A stretch of DNA of 64,000 nt from Leucoraja ocellata (lineage: Eukaryota): positions 186,001-250,000 of the forward strand of contig JAWMAR010000882.1 in assembly GCA_036785375.1 (NCBI GenBank), in the 5' to 3' direction. Below are positions 12,900 to 25,324 of this stretch, one piece after another (the stretch's first letter is position 1; every line of letters begins with the position of its first letter). The notes below the pieces were generated by a model. The model saw nothing but the letters and a program-made list of their open reading frames with translations. It did no database searches and was not told the DNA's origin. The translations under genes and the position numbers were made by a program.

Positions 12900-13506
12900 T
12901 ACTTACCCTAGGACCATGACCCCACTGACGAGCACCAGGCCACCATATCTAGCACCATTACCGACTTCATCAATTTCCACAAAGGTTCACCTGTATCTCC
13001 TCGAACCTCATCTACTGCATTCGCTGCTCTAGATGTCAGCTGATTTACATCGGGGAGACTAAGCGGAGGTTGGGCGATCGTTTCGCCGAACACCTCCGCT
13101 CAGTCCGCAATAACCTACCTGAACTCCCGGTGGCTCAGCACTTCAACTCCCCCTCCCATTCCCAATCTGACCTCTCTGTCCTGGGTCTCCTCCATTGCCA
13201 GAGTGAGCAACACCGGAAATTGGAGGAACAGCACCTCGTATTCCGCCTGGGTTGCTTGCGTCTGGATGGCATGAACGTTGAATTCTCCCAGTTTTGCTAG
13301 CCCTTGCTGTCTCCTCCCCTTCCTTAACCCTCGAGCTGTCTCCTCCCATCCCCCGCCCTCGGGCTCCTCCTCCCTTTTTCCTTCCTTCTCCCCCCCACCC
13401 CCCCATCAGTCTGAAGAAGGGTTTCGGCCCGAAACGTCGCCTATTTCCTTCGCTCCATAGATGCTGCTGCACCTGCTGAGTTTCTCCAGCATTTTTGTGT
13501 ATCTTC
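12900..13506 (+). mobile_element. Truncated Penelope-like element (GIY-YIG endonuclease C-terminus plus 3' pLTR) in CLCN6 intron 11
   Basis: Reading FTCISSNLIYCIRCSRCQLIYIGETKRRLGDRFAEH...PVAQHFN...LEEQHLVFRL..GMNVEF; flanked by 12-bp direct repeat TAGCCTCAATAA (12888-12899, 13507-13518). Confidence 0.88.
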
Positions 13507-13919
13507 TAGCCTCAATAAATAGTGCTTTCACCTTGGAGTCAAACCAAAAGTTAGGATCAAGACTCTCTTCTGAAACTTGAGCACAAAATTGATACTGACA
13601 GTTCAGTGTAGTATTTAAGTGATTGCATGTCATTGTCAAAAGTGCTATTGTTTGGATGAGAGATTAAATCAAAATGTTGTGACAGCCTTGGTTGGCCAAG
13701 AGGGGTCCCAGGACTTGGAAAAAGGATTTCTCTATTTCACTTGTCCCTAACCAAAATTACTAAGAACAGATTATCTGGTTATCTTCATTTCTGTTGTGAG
13801 ATTTTTAAGGGCATGAAAGATTCAAATTGCACATGTCTATCCATCAATTCCCATGTTTGTCTTTGCTCTGTTTCTGTTTCCCTGTGCATGCCTTATGCTC
13901 TAACCACTTGCCTTTTTCA

Positions 13920-14530
13920 TGATTCAAGAGATTCAAGATGGGTTTATTGTCACTTGTACCATAAGGTACAGTGACATTTGAGTTACCATACGGCCACGCG
14001 GAATGAAAAGCAGTAAGACACACAACCCATAAAATAAAATTTAACATAAACATCCATCACAGCGGCTCCCCACATTCCTCACCGTGATGGAAGGCAATAA
14101 AGTCCAATCTCTCTCTCTTTCTTCTCCGTGGTCGGGGCTATCGAACCATCCTCGGTCGGGGCCATCAAAGCTCCCGCAGCCGGCGATCTGAGGCCCTCGG
14201 GATCCCCACAGTCGATCCTGGCACGGGGATCGCAGCTCCACGATGGCAAGTCCGCGCCGCTCCTGTGTTGAAGCACCGGGTCGGTCTCCAGGAAAGGCCG
14301 CACTGCTCCACGATGTTAGGCCTCAATGGAGATACGACACGGAAAAAATCGCATCTCCGTCGAGTTAAGAGATTGAAAAAAGTTTCCTCCAAACCGTCCT
14401 CCCCACCCCCACACAAAACAAACCAAGAAACACCAAAACGTACTTTTAACACATACTTAAAATAACAAAACAGAAAGAAAAGACAGACAGACCGTTGGCT
14501 AGGCAGCCATCATTGGCGCCCCCTTGTTGG
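13920..14530 (-). mobile_element. Non-autonomous retroelement with a LINE-type 3' tail
   Basis: Minus strand ends gtgacaataaa plus short tandem tail like the Rex1-type fragments; GC-rich interior without credible coding signal. Confidence 0.55.
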
Positions 14531-14842
14531 AGCGTTCATGTGCTTGCTTGCTCTCTGGCACATTTTCGCACTCTACCATAGTCCTAAGTTAAGTCTGACT
14601 GCTAGATGTTTCGGATTTCTTATCTTAACATCAATGGCTATGATGTGCATGTTTTCTCAATCTATTGCACGATGTTTTCAATATTTCCTGTACTGATGCT
14701 TGACTCTTGGTAAACCTATTGCAATTTGTGTTGGTGGTCGAGCTGTTCGTTGTACACGTGAGCTGGATTGTGAATGTCTTTCAAAGCTTCATTGATTCTC
14801 AGTTTCAATATTTGACTTGTTGCTATTGCCATTGTCTTTAAG

Positions 14843-15009
14843 TGTGCAGATGGAGACAAGAAGTGCCATCTGTGGACGGCGGTGGACCTAGCATTCTTCA
14901 TTATCATGGGCTTGATCGGTGGACTTCTGGGAGCATTGTTTAACTGTTTGAATAGAAGGTTGGCAAAGTACCGCATGCGAAATGTACACCCAAAGGCTAA
15001 GTTTGTCCG
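14843..15009 (+). CDS. CLCN6: CLCN6 exon 12 (CADGDKKCHLWTAVDLAFFIIMGLIGGLLGALFNCLNRRLAKYRMRNVHPKAKFVR)
   Basis: aag|..|gtaag, 167 nt. Confidence 0.96.
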
Positions 15010-16114
15010 GTAAGCAATGGTCACTAAGAAAGTTCTTGACATTTTAGATTTCACAAACTTAGACCATATTCCAAATTATTAATCTTTTAACCTTATTCAG
15101 ACTACTCCTGATCATGCTGTACTTGGCCAGAGTAGAGTTGCACAGGTGCTGGTTGTCCCCCAGTGCCCCAATCTTCTACTTGTTTATTATTCATTTTCAG
15201 GATCTGGGTTTTGCTAGCAAGGCCAGCATTTGTTGCCCGTCCCTAATAGTCCATGAGAAGGTGGCGCTGCAGTCCTCCAACCTGAAGATACTTCCATGGT
15301 GATGTTGGGGAGGGAGTTCCAAGATATAGCCACTGCGATTTAGAAACCAGGTACTTCCTAGTCAGGATGGTGCAACTTGGAGGAAAACTTCCAGATGGTG
15401 GCGTATCTATGCACTTTCTGCCTTTATCCATCTTGGTGGGAGAGGTCATGGATTTGCTAAGTTCTGCTGGAGTAGTCTAGGCAAGTAAAAGTGGTACGTT
15501 TTCTTGATGGTACTCACTGCAGCCATTGTGCACTGCTGGTGGAAGGCATGAATCTTTAGCCTCGGGGGGGGGGGGGGGGGGGGGGCAATTAAGCGGGCTG
15601 CTTCGTCTTGGATGGTAACATGCCTCTTGTGAGTTGTTGGTGCTACATTCATCCAAGCAAATGTACACCAAGTCCTTGAATTGTGCCTTAGCGTGTTGGT
15701 TGGTGAGTCAATGCTGCAGGATAGCCAGCTTTTGGCCTGTTTATCATTATGGAATTTTTGCCTGGTTTGACCAATGTTTTGGCTGACAATGACCCCATGA
15801 CATTGATTATGTGTGTTACTAATTACAATAAATGTAAGGAGTAGGTGATTAGACTGATGTTGAAGATGGGCATTGCCTGGTACATTGGCATGAATGTTAC
15901 TTGTCACTAATCAGCATGTGCTTAAATTTTGTCTGGCTCTTACTGCATGCAGAGACGGGTTAATACTTTTGCTGAGGAGTTATGAACAAGGGCAATCGTA
16001 AATACTTGTGGCTTTTTGATGCCTGGAAGATCATTAATGAAACAACTGATGGTGGTTTGGCCTAAAGCAACGCTCTGAGGAATTCCTGTAGTTATGTCTT
16101 GTGGTTGGGTCAAT

Positions 16115-16380
16115 TTAGTTTAGTTTAGAAATATAATGTTTATACAGGCCCACCGAGTTCGTGGCGACCAGCATTCACCCAAACACGAGGTCTATCTTAC
16201 ACACCAGGGACATTGTACAGAAGCCAATTAACCTACAAACTTGTGCATCTTGGAATATGGGAGGAAACCCACACTGTCACAAGGAGAACGTACAGACTCC
16301 ATGCAGACAGCACCTGTAGTCAGGATTGAACCCAGGTCTCTGTAAGGCAGTAACTCCACCGTTGCAATGGTGTGCTGCCC
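16115..16380 (-). mobile_element. tRNA-derived SINE
   Basis: B-box-like gggttcaatcctgac, ggagtctgtacgttctcc core, (TAAAC)n tail. Confidence 0.7.
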
Positions 16381-17669
16381 CAACCACCAACTTCTCTTCC
16401 AACAACCAAGTACTCTTCCTTTGTGTGAGCTGTGACTCCAAACACTGAAGTGTTTTCATTCTGCTTATTGACTTCAGTTTTACCTGGGCTTATATGCCGT
16501 ACCTGGTCAAATTCTGTCTGAAGTCAAAGACAGTCACTCACCTTCCCTCCAGAATTCAGCTTCTTGTCCATATTCAGACTAAGGCTGTGCTGAATCTGGA
16601 GCATTGTGTTTCTGGCTAAACCAACATTTTACTGTGTAAATATTGCTGGATAGCGCTGTCAATGATTTATTCTGCAATTTTGGCAGATAGACTTAACCAG
16701 ACAGTAATTATTTGTATTTGGTGTTCTGTCTTTTGTGGACAGGACAGAGCATGGCAATGTTCCACATTGTGTGGTAGATGCCAGTGTTGGAACAGCTCTG
16801 TTGGAGGCTCTTCTCAATCTGGAGAATAGGTCTTTGATTCTGCAGCTAGCATATTTCTTGGCTGCCTTTTCAATATCCAGTGTCCTCGGCTACTGCTTCC
16901 ATCACTTAAAACAAATTGAAGTAAGAGGAAACTTGCATTTGTGATGGTAGGGTTCTGAGGTGTTCCTCTATTTGACACTTCTATGTTTGCAATTGCAGTC
17001 TCTTTAGCACCCACATGCTGAGTCCTAACGTTGGTGAGGATAGGGATGTTTTATGGAGTCTTCTCCCATTTGGTATTTAATTGCCCACTGCCATTCACAA
17101 CTAGACATGGTAGGACTGCAGAACAACAATCTGATCCATTGGTTATAAGATTGAATAGTTCTGCTAAGGACGTGGTTTCTGTTTGGCATGCAAATAGTCC
17201 TGCATTGCAGGTCACTAGGCTGTTGCCTGGGGGACTTCTCAGCAGATCATTTTGCATTTATGAACTAGCATGGATGCCCTTGCTTGAAGATGGTGGTGTG
17301 AGAGACGTGCTGGAATGAGATTTCACGGAGACTGTAAATATCATCACCAGGCTACCTCTGTGAAAGACATTAAAGAACAAGATCAACCTAGACATTCGTT
17401 TTTAATTTACGTCTTCCAACCTGTTATTCTTAGTTCAGGATGACTATGTAGGGTTTTTTTTGTCACTCGATCTTGCCCTACTCAATTTTTGTGGTGGCGT
17501 GCAATACAAACTTTCTTCTTGAGAGATGGGTGTAAACCACACATTGAGTATTGTTTTAAATCCGGTCCCCGTGATGAAAATGCTGAAAGAGTTGGGCATA
17601 AAAAATCTGTAGAAAATAAGTTGACGCATCATGTGAAAGTTTATCATCACTGTCTCTGTTCATCTTCAG

Positions 17670-17790
17670 GGTCCTGGAGAGTCTGTTAGTTGCTATGGTT
17701 ACAACGATGGTCATTTTTATAGCCTCTGTGACTTTGGGAGAGTGTAGGGAGATCCCTTCGCACACACACAGCAACAATGTAACACAGCAG
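17670..17790 (+). CDS. CLCN6: CLCN6 exon 13 (VLESLLVAMVTTMVIFIASVTLGECREIPSHTHSNNVTQQ)
   Basis: cag|..|gtgagt, 121 nt; contains an N-glycosylation sequon NVT. Confidence 0.94.
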
Positions 17791-18376
17791 GTGAGTGTCA
17801 TGTGCATGAATACAGTCTTGTATTCTTGGGGAAACTGGGTTGTTTGCGATAATTTTGGGGGAGAGGAAATGTTTTAGGTTCACTGTTATCTTGATGATTT
17901 TAGCGGACACCATTGGTTTTATTTCCTTCCTACTAACAGTTGTTGCTGTCAGCATTTTCAATAAGAATCATATTGACAATAGCAAACTAATTTTTAAGCA
18001 AAGTAAGAAAGGGCTTTTATTTAAGGTGTACGTGTTCAAAATTGTTAGCGTTCTGACACCATCAGACTTGAGCATTTTGTGAGATCCTTTTACAATTAAA
18101 AAAAAATGAAGCTTAATTAAAATGATGGCAACTGAAAAGTTGGGGCCACTCTTGTGATTACTCACTCTCTGATTGGTTTCCCTAGTGTAGGGTAGACTAT
18201 ATAATATGGGCAGATGCTAATGTCGGATTTCCAGCATTTTCTGCTCTTACTTTAAATTTCTGGCAATGTTTTGTTTTTGGATGGATCCACTGGATCGCAA
18301 ACAGCAGCTCCTGTAGCTGAATTAATCCTGCTACTTTGCAATCTGTTGTAAAATACTTCAATTTAATTTCCCTCAG

Positions 18377-18503
18377 CCAGCTGGAGAGGATGTGAATTCC
18401 AGCATCAAAACCTTTTTCTGTCTCAATAATACCTATAATGACATGGCTACTTTGTTCTTCAACCCACAAGAGACTGCCATACTCCAACTATTCCACCAAG
18501 ATG
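18377..18503 (+). CDS. CLCN6: CLCN6 exon 14 (PAGEDVNSSIKTFFCLNNTYNDMATLFFNPQETAILQLFHQD)
   Basis: cag|..|gtgagt, 127 nt. Confidence 0.94.
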
Positions 18504-18942
18504 GTGAGTCACAGCAAATTTGGTGATGTAATTTGCATTTGTTTTGGCTCCATGTAGTAAATGTCTGCTTGTAAGGGAGGGGGGTGGGAAGAGGGAGAGG
18601 GCAGGGAAAATGTGATATTTAAAACCTGATTTTTGTTGCAGGCAAGTTAAAGAGATCGATAAATTGAATTAAGATCTGAGTGATACAGCAGACTCGAGAG
18701 GCTAAATGTTCTCTAGTTCTGTACCCTCACAGACGACTGGTTCCAATTCGCTGGGCAATTTTATTACTCATAAATAAAGAGAACAGATGCCGCAGATTAG
18801 TTGATAGTTAAAATTATTCATCTGATCCAGGTGTATATACAGACTGGTCTAGCCAATGTGTCATGCAATGTTTAATGTTGGATCGGGTATAGGATTTTGC
18901 TCTTTTCTAATATCAACTGTTCAACTGCTTTTGTTCTCACAG

Positions 18943-19096
18943 GAACCTTCAGTCCTGTCACTCTGAGCATTTTCTTTGTTCTTTACTTTATTCTGGCCTG
19001 TTGGACATATGGTTTATCTGTCCCCAGTGGACTCTTTGTGCCCTCGCTGCTGTGCGGTGCTGCCTATGGTCGACTTGTGGCAAATATTCTGAAAAC
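18943..19096 (+). CDS. CLCN6: CLCN6 exon 15 ([52 protein letters not shown])
   Basis: GLFVP CLC motif; 154 nt. Confidence 0.97.
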
Positions 19097-19466
19097 GTGA
19101 GTGTTGTTTGGATATGTTTAGTGCAATCTGTGTCTGTGGTGACTGCTATTATTTCATGATTAATGCAAATGTTGGATGTGCAATGAGTTGCAACAAGCAT
19201 CTGATTACATGCAGAGGAACAGGCATCACAAGTATATATTTCACATCTAAGGATAAGGGAAGGGATTTAAAAAAAAGACAATGTGGTTACATTGCAGACA
19301 AAAGTTGGGTGGTTCAAAATACCAAATGCTGGAGGAACTCAGCAGGCCAGGCAGCATCTGTGGGGGGAATTGATGGACAGGTGACGTTTTCAGTTCATAC
19401 CCAGTGTTATTGCAATGTATTAGATGTAATTGCTTTCAAGAGATTTTTTCTTTTAAACTGCCCCAG

Positions 19467-19626
19467 GTACATCGGGATGTCTCACATCTATTCTGGAACT
19501 TTTGCTTTAGTGGGAGCTGCTGCATTCCTTGGGGGTGTGGTTCGTATGACCATCAGTCTCACCGTCATTCTCATTGAATCAACCAATGAAATCACATATG
19601 GATTGCCCATCATGGTCACATTGATG
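19467..19626 (+). CDS. CLCN6: CLCN6 exon 16 ([53 protein letters not shown])
   Basis: 160 nt, cag|..|gtag. Confidence 0.97.
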
Positions 19627-20412
19627 GTAGGTCCATTCAGTGGGGTTGGTATGAAGGTTGGGAATTGATTTTCTCTGCGCTGCTGCAAATTAATGGAACG
19701 CTTGAATAATCTTGCAATTGTATTATTGAGGAAGAGTTGGACAGCCTGTGCTCGGTTTGACTATGGAATTTGGAAAACTAAATGACTTGACTGAAATACT
19801 TAAGACCCTGATGGATTTTGATTGTGTGGATGTACTGAGGATCTTTCCTGTTGTGGGAAAACATACAATTTGATGCCAATGTTTAAAAATAAGTGGGTGC
19901 CTATTTTAGACAGATGAGTTGAAGTTTTCCCCTCCTAAGGGTCATCAGTCTTTGGAACCATCTTCCTCAAAGGCATTGAATAATTTTAAAGCAGAGGTAA
20001 ATAGATTCTGGATGGACAAGGGGGTAAAGGGTTACAAACAATAGGCAGTAATATGGGGTGGAAGTAAAAATCAGATCAGTCTTGATCTTATTGAATGCTG
20101 AGCGCCTTATCCTTCTGAATTGTTATGTTCATAGATAAATGGTAAATGTCAGGCTGGAATATTGGCACTGTCAGAATTAGAGGTAGCTATATGCATTTCC
20201 AATTGCAGCTGCACTTACTAAATAGTTGGTAAAATATCTGGAGCTATGGTTTCAGTGACCTCTGAGCTGCCTTATGGGCAGTGGAGTCACGAGACTGTGA
20301 TGCTTAATAACAATTAGACTTGATCTGCAAAGTACCAAATGCTTCTAACTTTTGGCTTCAGTTACATTTTTTTTCCAAAGATTTTCATCCTTTTCGCTTC
20401 ATGTTTCTCCAG

Positions 20413-20519
20413 GTGGCAAAGTGGACTGGAGATTTCTTCAATAAAGGAATTTACGACTTGCATGTGGCACTTCGGGGTGTCCCATTGCTTGAATGGGAGA
20501 CTGAGGCTGAAATGGATAA
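20413..20519 (+). CDS. CLCN6: CLCN6 exon 17 (VAKWTGDFFNKGIYDLHVALRGVPLLEWETEAEMDK)
   Basis: 107 nt; includes the anion-coordinating Tyr (GIY). Confidence 0.96.
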
Positions 20520-20714
20520 GTAGGTGTTAATCATTTAAGACTCTTGTCAGCAAAGATCTATAGCGAGCAGGATATTTGCTTGTCAGATAGTTAACCCATG
20601 GGATCAATTAATGAATTAGCAATTGGTTGGGTTTGATTTAAAATCATGGTTTGCCTATTTGACCGATGCACATAACGCCAATTTCATTTCTCATATTTGA
20701 ACATTCTCATAATC

Positions 20715-20760
20715 TCGCTCGCTCTCTCTCTCTCTCGCTCGCTCTCTCTCTCGCTCTCTC
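20715..20760 (+). repeat. (CT)n/(CGCT)n microsatellite
   Basis: ctcgctcgctctctctctctctcgctcgctctctctctcgctctctc. Confidence 0.85.
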
Positions 20761-20769
20761 AGTTTTATA

Positions 20770-21047
20770 GTTCACAACTATGTATCCCTCTTGGGCTCAC
20801 ACCTGTCTTTATCCAACAATTTGCTCATCAGGGACCCCCCTCACCTGAGGTCATATGTTGCCGGCCTTGATTTGTCCTGCCTCTTTCACTTCCAGTTTTT
20901 TTACTGCTCACTCTACAACAATCAATCTGAAGAAGAGACCCAACCGAAACATCACCTATCCATTTTCTCTAGAGATGCTGCTTGACCCGCTGAGTTACTC
21001 CAGCACTTTGCGTCAATCTTTGATATAAATCAGCATCTGCAGTTCCC
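20770..21047 (+). mobile_element. Penelope 3' fragment
   Basis: ctgaagaagagacccaaccgaaacatcacc...gctgagttactccagcac. Confidence 0.65.
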
Positions 21048-21443
21048 TTTTTATCACCTAACACCCATGTTTAAAAAAGCCAAAGACTTAGTTCTGAGAA
21101 ATGAAATTATTTCTCTTCTCCGAATTCTTCGGATCTATTGGTTGCAATTTATTGTGTTAGAGACTTCATTGAAGGCATGGAGAAACAAATCCAAGGAAGG
21201 TTTTTAAGACTAATGTGGTAGTTGCTGATGCACCAGATGTCAGGGTTCTTGCAGAGTAATATGATGGCTGTATCAGGGGGTACCTCTCTGATTTCAGATT
21301 TCCCATTCACATTGAGCATATTGTAACAGGTGGGGCAGTACAGTGGCTCCAGTGTATATTTGACGAGGCTCATGGGAATACATTGTAAAATAAACCCCAA
21401 GTTTGAAAGAATGGAATTTAATTTGATGTATGTTCAATCTCAG

Positions 21444-21630
21444 GTTGACAGCCAGTGATATCATGGAACCAAATCTAACCTACGTCTATCCCCATACCCG
21501 GATCCAATCATTAGTCAGTATTTTGCGCACCACAGCACATCATGCATACCCTGTCGTCACGGAAAATAGAGGGAATGAGAAGGAATTCATGAAGGGAAAC
21601 ATCCTCATCAGCAACAATATTAGATTTAAG
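21444..21630 (+). CDS. CLCN6: CLCN6 exon 18, CBS1 start (LTASDIMEPNLTYVYPHTRIQSLVSILRTTAHHAYPVVTENRGNEKEFMKGNILISNNIRFK)
   Basis: 187 nt, cag|..|gtaa. Confidence 0.96.
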
Positions 21631-23389
21631 GTAAACTTCCATTAGTATGATGTCAAGCGTTTAATTTGCATATGCACTGGGAGGCAAAGAATGAAATTCT
21701 TACTTGCTGAAACTTTACAGGCACGTTAATGCAACAACACAACAAATAATTTGTGGTTGTATATTTATCAGATATTCCAGGTAACCAGACAATAGTAGTG
21801 TAAACTAAAGTGCTTAGTGCAACCTGTACAAACTCCATACTAGTTTGGTCCTGAGGTAGGTTTATGGTTGGGGTTGTGCGGGATGATTTGAAAGCCTGAT
21901 GGTTGATGAGAAGAAGTTGATGGGAGCACAGCAAATGCAAGCATGGTGCAAGTGATGTCACCAGATGTGTCTTAGATGTGTGGAGTATGGTCCCTTGCAA
22001 CAAATTATAATTAAGCCCTTGGGATAGTGACACTTTTCAGCTTTGGGATGACATTGGGAAACGGTAGATATTAGGATATTAATATTGATAGAAAGCCAAG
22101 CAGTTGGATTATATTTAGATTGCTGTGGCGATGAAAGAAATGGGCTAAATCACCACATTTTATGCCATGAATTTCATTAGCGCTTTTTATGATCTTGGGT
22201 GTCTCCAAGACAATGTAGTTTAAAGAACAGCATTTCCTATGCATACCGTAGGATATCAGGAAATTCATCATTACACATGGCATGTTCCCACAAAACAGAA
22301 ACAAAATTAATGATGAAGTGATTGGTTTTGATGACATTGAATCATAAACACTTATTCCAGCTGATAAGGTTAACCACAGTTATTTCATATGTATCAATTG
22401 TAGTAATCTGATTCTGAATGGCTGCTGCTTCACTGATGCCAAAATCAAACCTGTAATGTCAGTATATGTCTTTCACTAACTTGTATAACTGCAATTTCAA
22501 AAGAAAGGGAGGTAAATATGAAAATAGCAATAAAGCTTGGAAGGCAGAGGATAGGGGTAAGTTTAAGAAAGAGACAAAATTTCTCAAACGGGGAAAGGCT
22601 AGTTTTACAGAGACATGATTTGGCAAAAATGGCTAGAAATAGCTACTTCCAAGTAAATCCATGTCAAATCTATGGAACGTTCATATTGACCTTATTTCCC
22701 ATTAGTTCAGCGACCCACAATTGGATAATTGGTTAAAGGATTAGAGTGGAGCTAATGTGTTTAAGAAGGAACTGCAGATGCTGGAAAATTGAAGGTACAC
22801 AAAAATGCTGGAGATACTCAGCGGGTGCAGCAGCCTCTATGGAGCGAAGGAAATAGGCTAATGATCCTTTTCAACCAGAAGTTGGAGCAGGTTGAAGCTA
22901 GATGTTATCAGGTAGTAGAAACAGAAATCATTTTGACAGATGAACATCAAAATAATGCTAGTGCTGGAAATCTTAAAACAAGACACAAAATTCTGGACAT
23001 TTGCAGCAGACCAACTGCATTTTTTACCCTGTTTCTCTGCCCACAGATGTAAGATTACTTGCTGTGTTATTCCAACATTTTCTGGTCTAATTTTAAAAAA
23101 AAAGTCAAATCTGTAACTGCAAATCAAGAAGAGGGAAAAGTGAAGAGGGTAGATAACTTTTGAGTACGACAAAGACAACATGGGCCAAATGGCAATCACC
23201 TGTGCCTGAAATTTCTGTGATTTCATAAAGTTCTGTGCAGTAGTGGTTGTAGCCACTAGAGTGCGCTTGTGATCCATCATTTCCCTGATTGAAGTTTCTC
23301 TCAACTTTCACCTTCTTGAAGTTCACTTGTATAATTGCTTGTGTGTTGTGAGACCACTTGTGGATTATAGACTTTATTTTCTCTTTAAT

Positions 23390-23915
23390 CGGTCGCCCAA
23401 TTATAGGAAGGATGTCAACAAAATAGAGAGAGTACAGAGGAGATTTACTAGAATGTTGCCTGGGTTTCAACAACTAAGTTACAGAGAAAGGTTGAATAAG
23501 TTGGGTCTTTATTCTCTGGAGCGCAGAAGGTTAAGGGGGGACTTGATAGAGGTCTTTAAAATGATGAGAGGGATAGACAGAGTTGATGTGGACAAGCTTT
23601 TCCCTTTGAGAATAGGGAAGATTCAAACAAGAGGACATGACTTCAGAATTAAGGGACAGAAGTTTAGGGGTAATATGAGGGGGAACTTCATTACTCAGAG
23701 AGTGGTAGCGGTGTGGAATGAGCTTCCAGTGGAAGTGCTGGAGGCAGGTTCGTTGGTATCATTTAAAAATAAATTGGATAGGCATATGGATGAGAAGGGA
23801 ATGGAGGATTATGGTATGAGTGCCGGCAGGTAGGACTAAAGGAAAAAAGTTGTTCGGCACGGACTCGTAGGGCCGAGATGGCCTGTTTCCATGCTGTAAT
23901 TGTTATATGTTATAT
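23390..23915 (+). mobile_element. CR1 LINE 3' fragment (young)
   Basis: Open frame SPNYRKDVNKIERVQRRFTRMLPG...RRRLRGDLIEVFK...TRGH...QRVVAVWNELP; short tandem tail. Confidence 0.9.
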
Positions 23916-24980
23916 GTTAATCAGACACTATAACAATACAGCTGCTACTTTCACCAAGGAAGCTATGAAATTGACAAGCTTCTTTTGGCATTTGTGCAAT
24001 GATATTTCTATTAACCAATGTAACATGGAGCCCATAGCTTATTTTTGTTTCTGCAAGCTAAAAATGCTTTTAAAATTACCTTTATTTTTGAAAATGGTGA
24101 AATAACTTATGCAAGTCTGAAACTCTCTGGCCCATAACCCCCTTTTCCCCATTGACACAATTATTTTGTAACTTAATTCTCTATAAGATGAGATTTCTCA
24201 GGATTGCAGCTGCCTTGTTACAGCAGAGCTTCCTGTATTCCTTAAATCTTTGTTTTTCCACCTTTTATGATATGTAAAGCTGGCCTCCAGCACATTCTGT
24301 CTTAATATCTCCTTGTGACTGAATTATCTTTGATATTGTTTCTCTTTGCATGTTAAAATGTTCAATAAATGCAGGTTGTTGCATTGAACATTCCATTCTC
24401 TGAGGTAGAGTCCAGCCTTATTGGCCTTCCAAGTATTATGCTGCAAAATCACATTTCCAATCCAATGCCAAGTGGGATCGAAGAATTTGTTCATTTCAAT
24501 AGGAATTCCTGGCCTCTGAATTGGGCATAAATTACTTTCTTTTCACATTTTAAATTATTTCCAAGTATTTTCATGTGCTTTAATATATTGAAGTTAAGTT
24601 ATTGAGAGGATGCTGGGTTTTAGCCATTGCATATTCATCTGTCAGAACCTGTCAGATTCTGCAAGTGGAGCATCCACTGTATTGGCTGCTGAGAGCTTGC
24701 TGCCTGACTCTAAGATGCAGAGGATCAGCAGGATAAATTCTCTAGATCTGATCAAGATGAGTTGTGGTTGTTGGATCTGTTCCAGGTGAATTTGGCCTAT
24801 GCTGCCCTTGAATGAAAAGTCTATCTTGGTGTTAATGTATGATTCTTGCTTTATAAGGGGTTATGCAAGGTTAGGACTGTTAGCCACAATAAAGGTATAG
24901 TCAGAGTTGACATCATTAGTTGTAAAGACTTGTTTTTACATTTTTGTGTGTGAGGTTCACGGTCTGTTTCGTCATTATAG

Positions 24981-25138
24981 AAATCAAGTGTATTGACTCG
25001 AGCTGGAGAACAATACAAGCGGAGCCAGTCAATGAAATCCTACCCATCAAGTGAGCTGAGGAATGTTTGTGAAGAACTGGTGAACACAGAGGTCGCTGAG
25101 GACAAAGAGGACATTTTACAACAGATGCTGGAGCGTAG
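24981..25138 (+). CDS. CLCN6: CLCN6 exon 19 (KSSVLTRAGEQYKRSQSMKSYPSSELRNVCEELVNTEVAEDKEDILQQMLERR)
   Basis: 158 nt; ClC-6-specific inter-CBS insert. Confidence 0.95.
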
Positions 25139-25324
25139 GTTGGTGTGGTTGATTCACCAGTCATTTCTTTTGGAGCCCACATTCTCACGACAACTAAATT
25201 ACTTAAACATTTAGACTAATATCTTGCTGGGTAAATGGCTGAGTGGAGTACAGCTTATTTTGTGCTTGGAGTTTTGATATTTCAGAATTAATTTTCCTTG
25301 CGCTGTGCCTGAATGTTTGTAGTA

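Noticed and set aside
19108-19466. N-terminal part of the 186-aa ORF
   Set aside because: Intron 15 sequence (with a Penelope fragment) in frame with CLCN6 exon 16 by chance.
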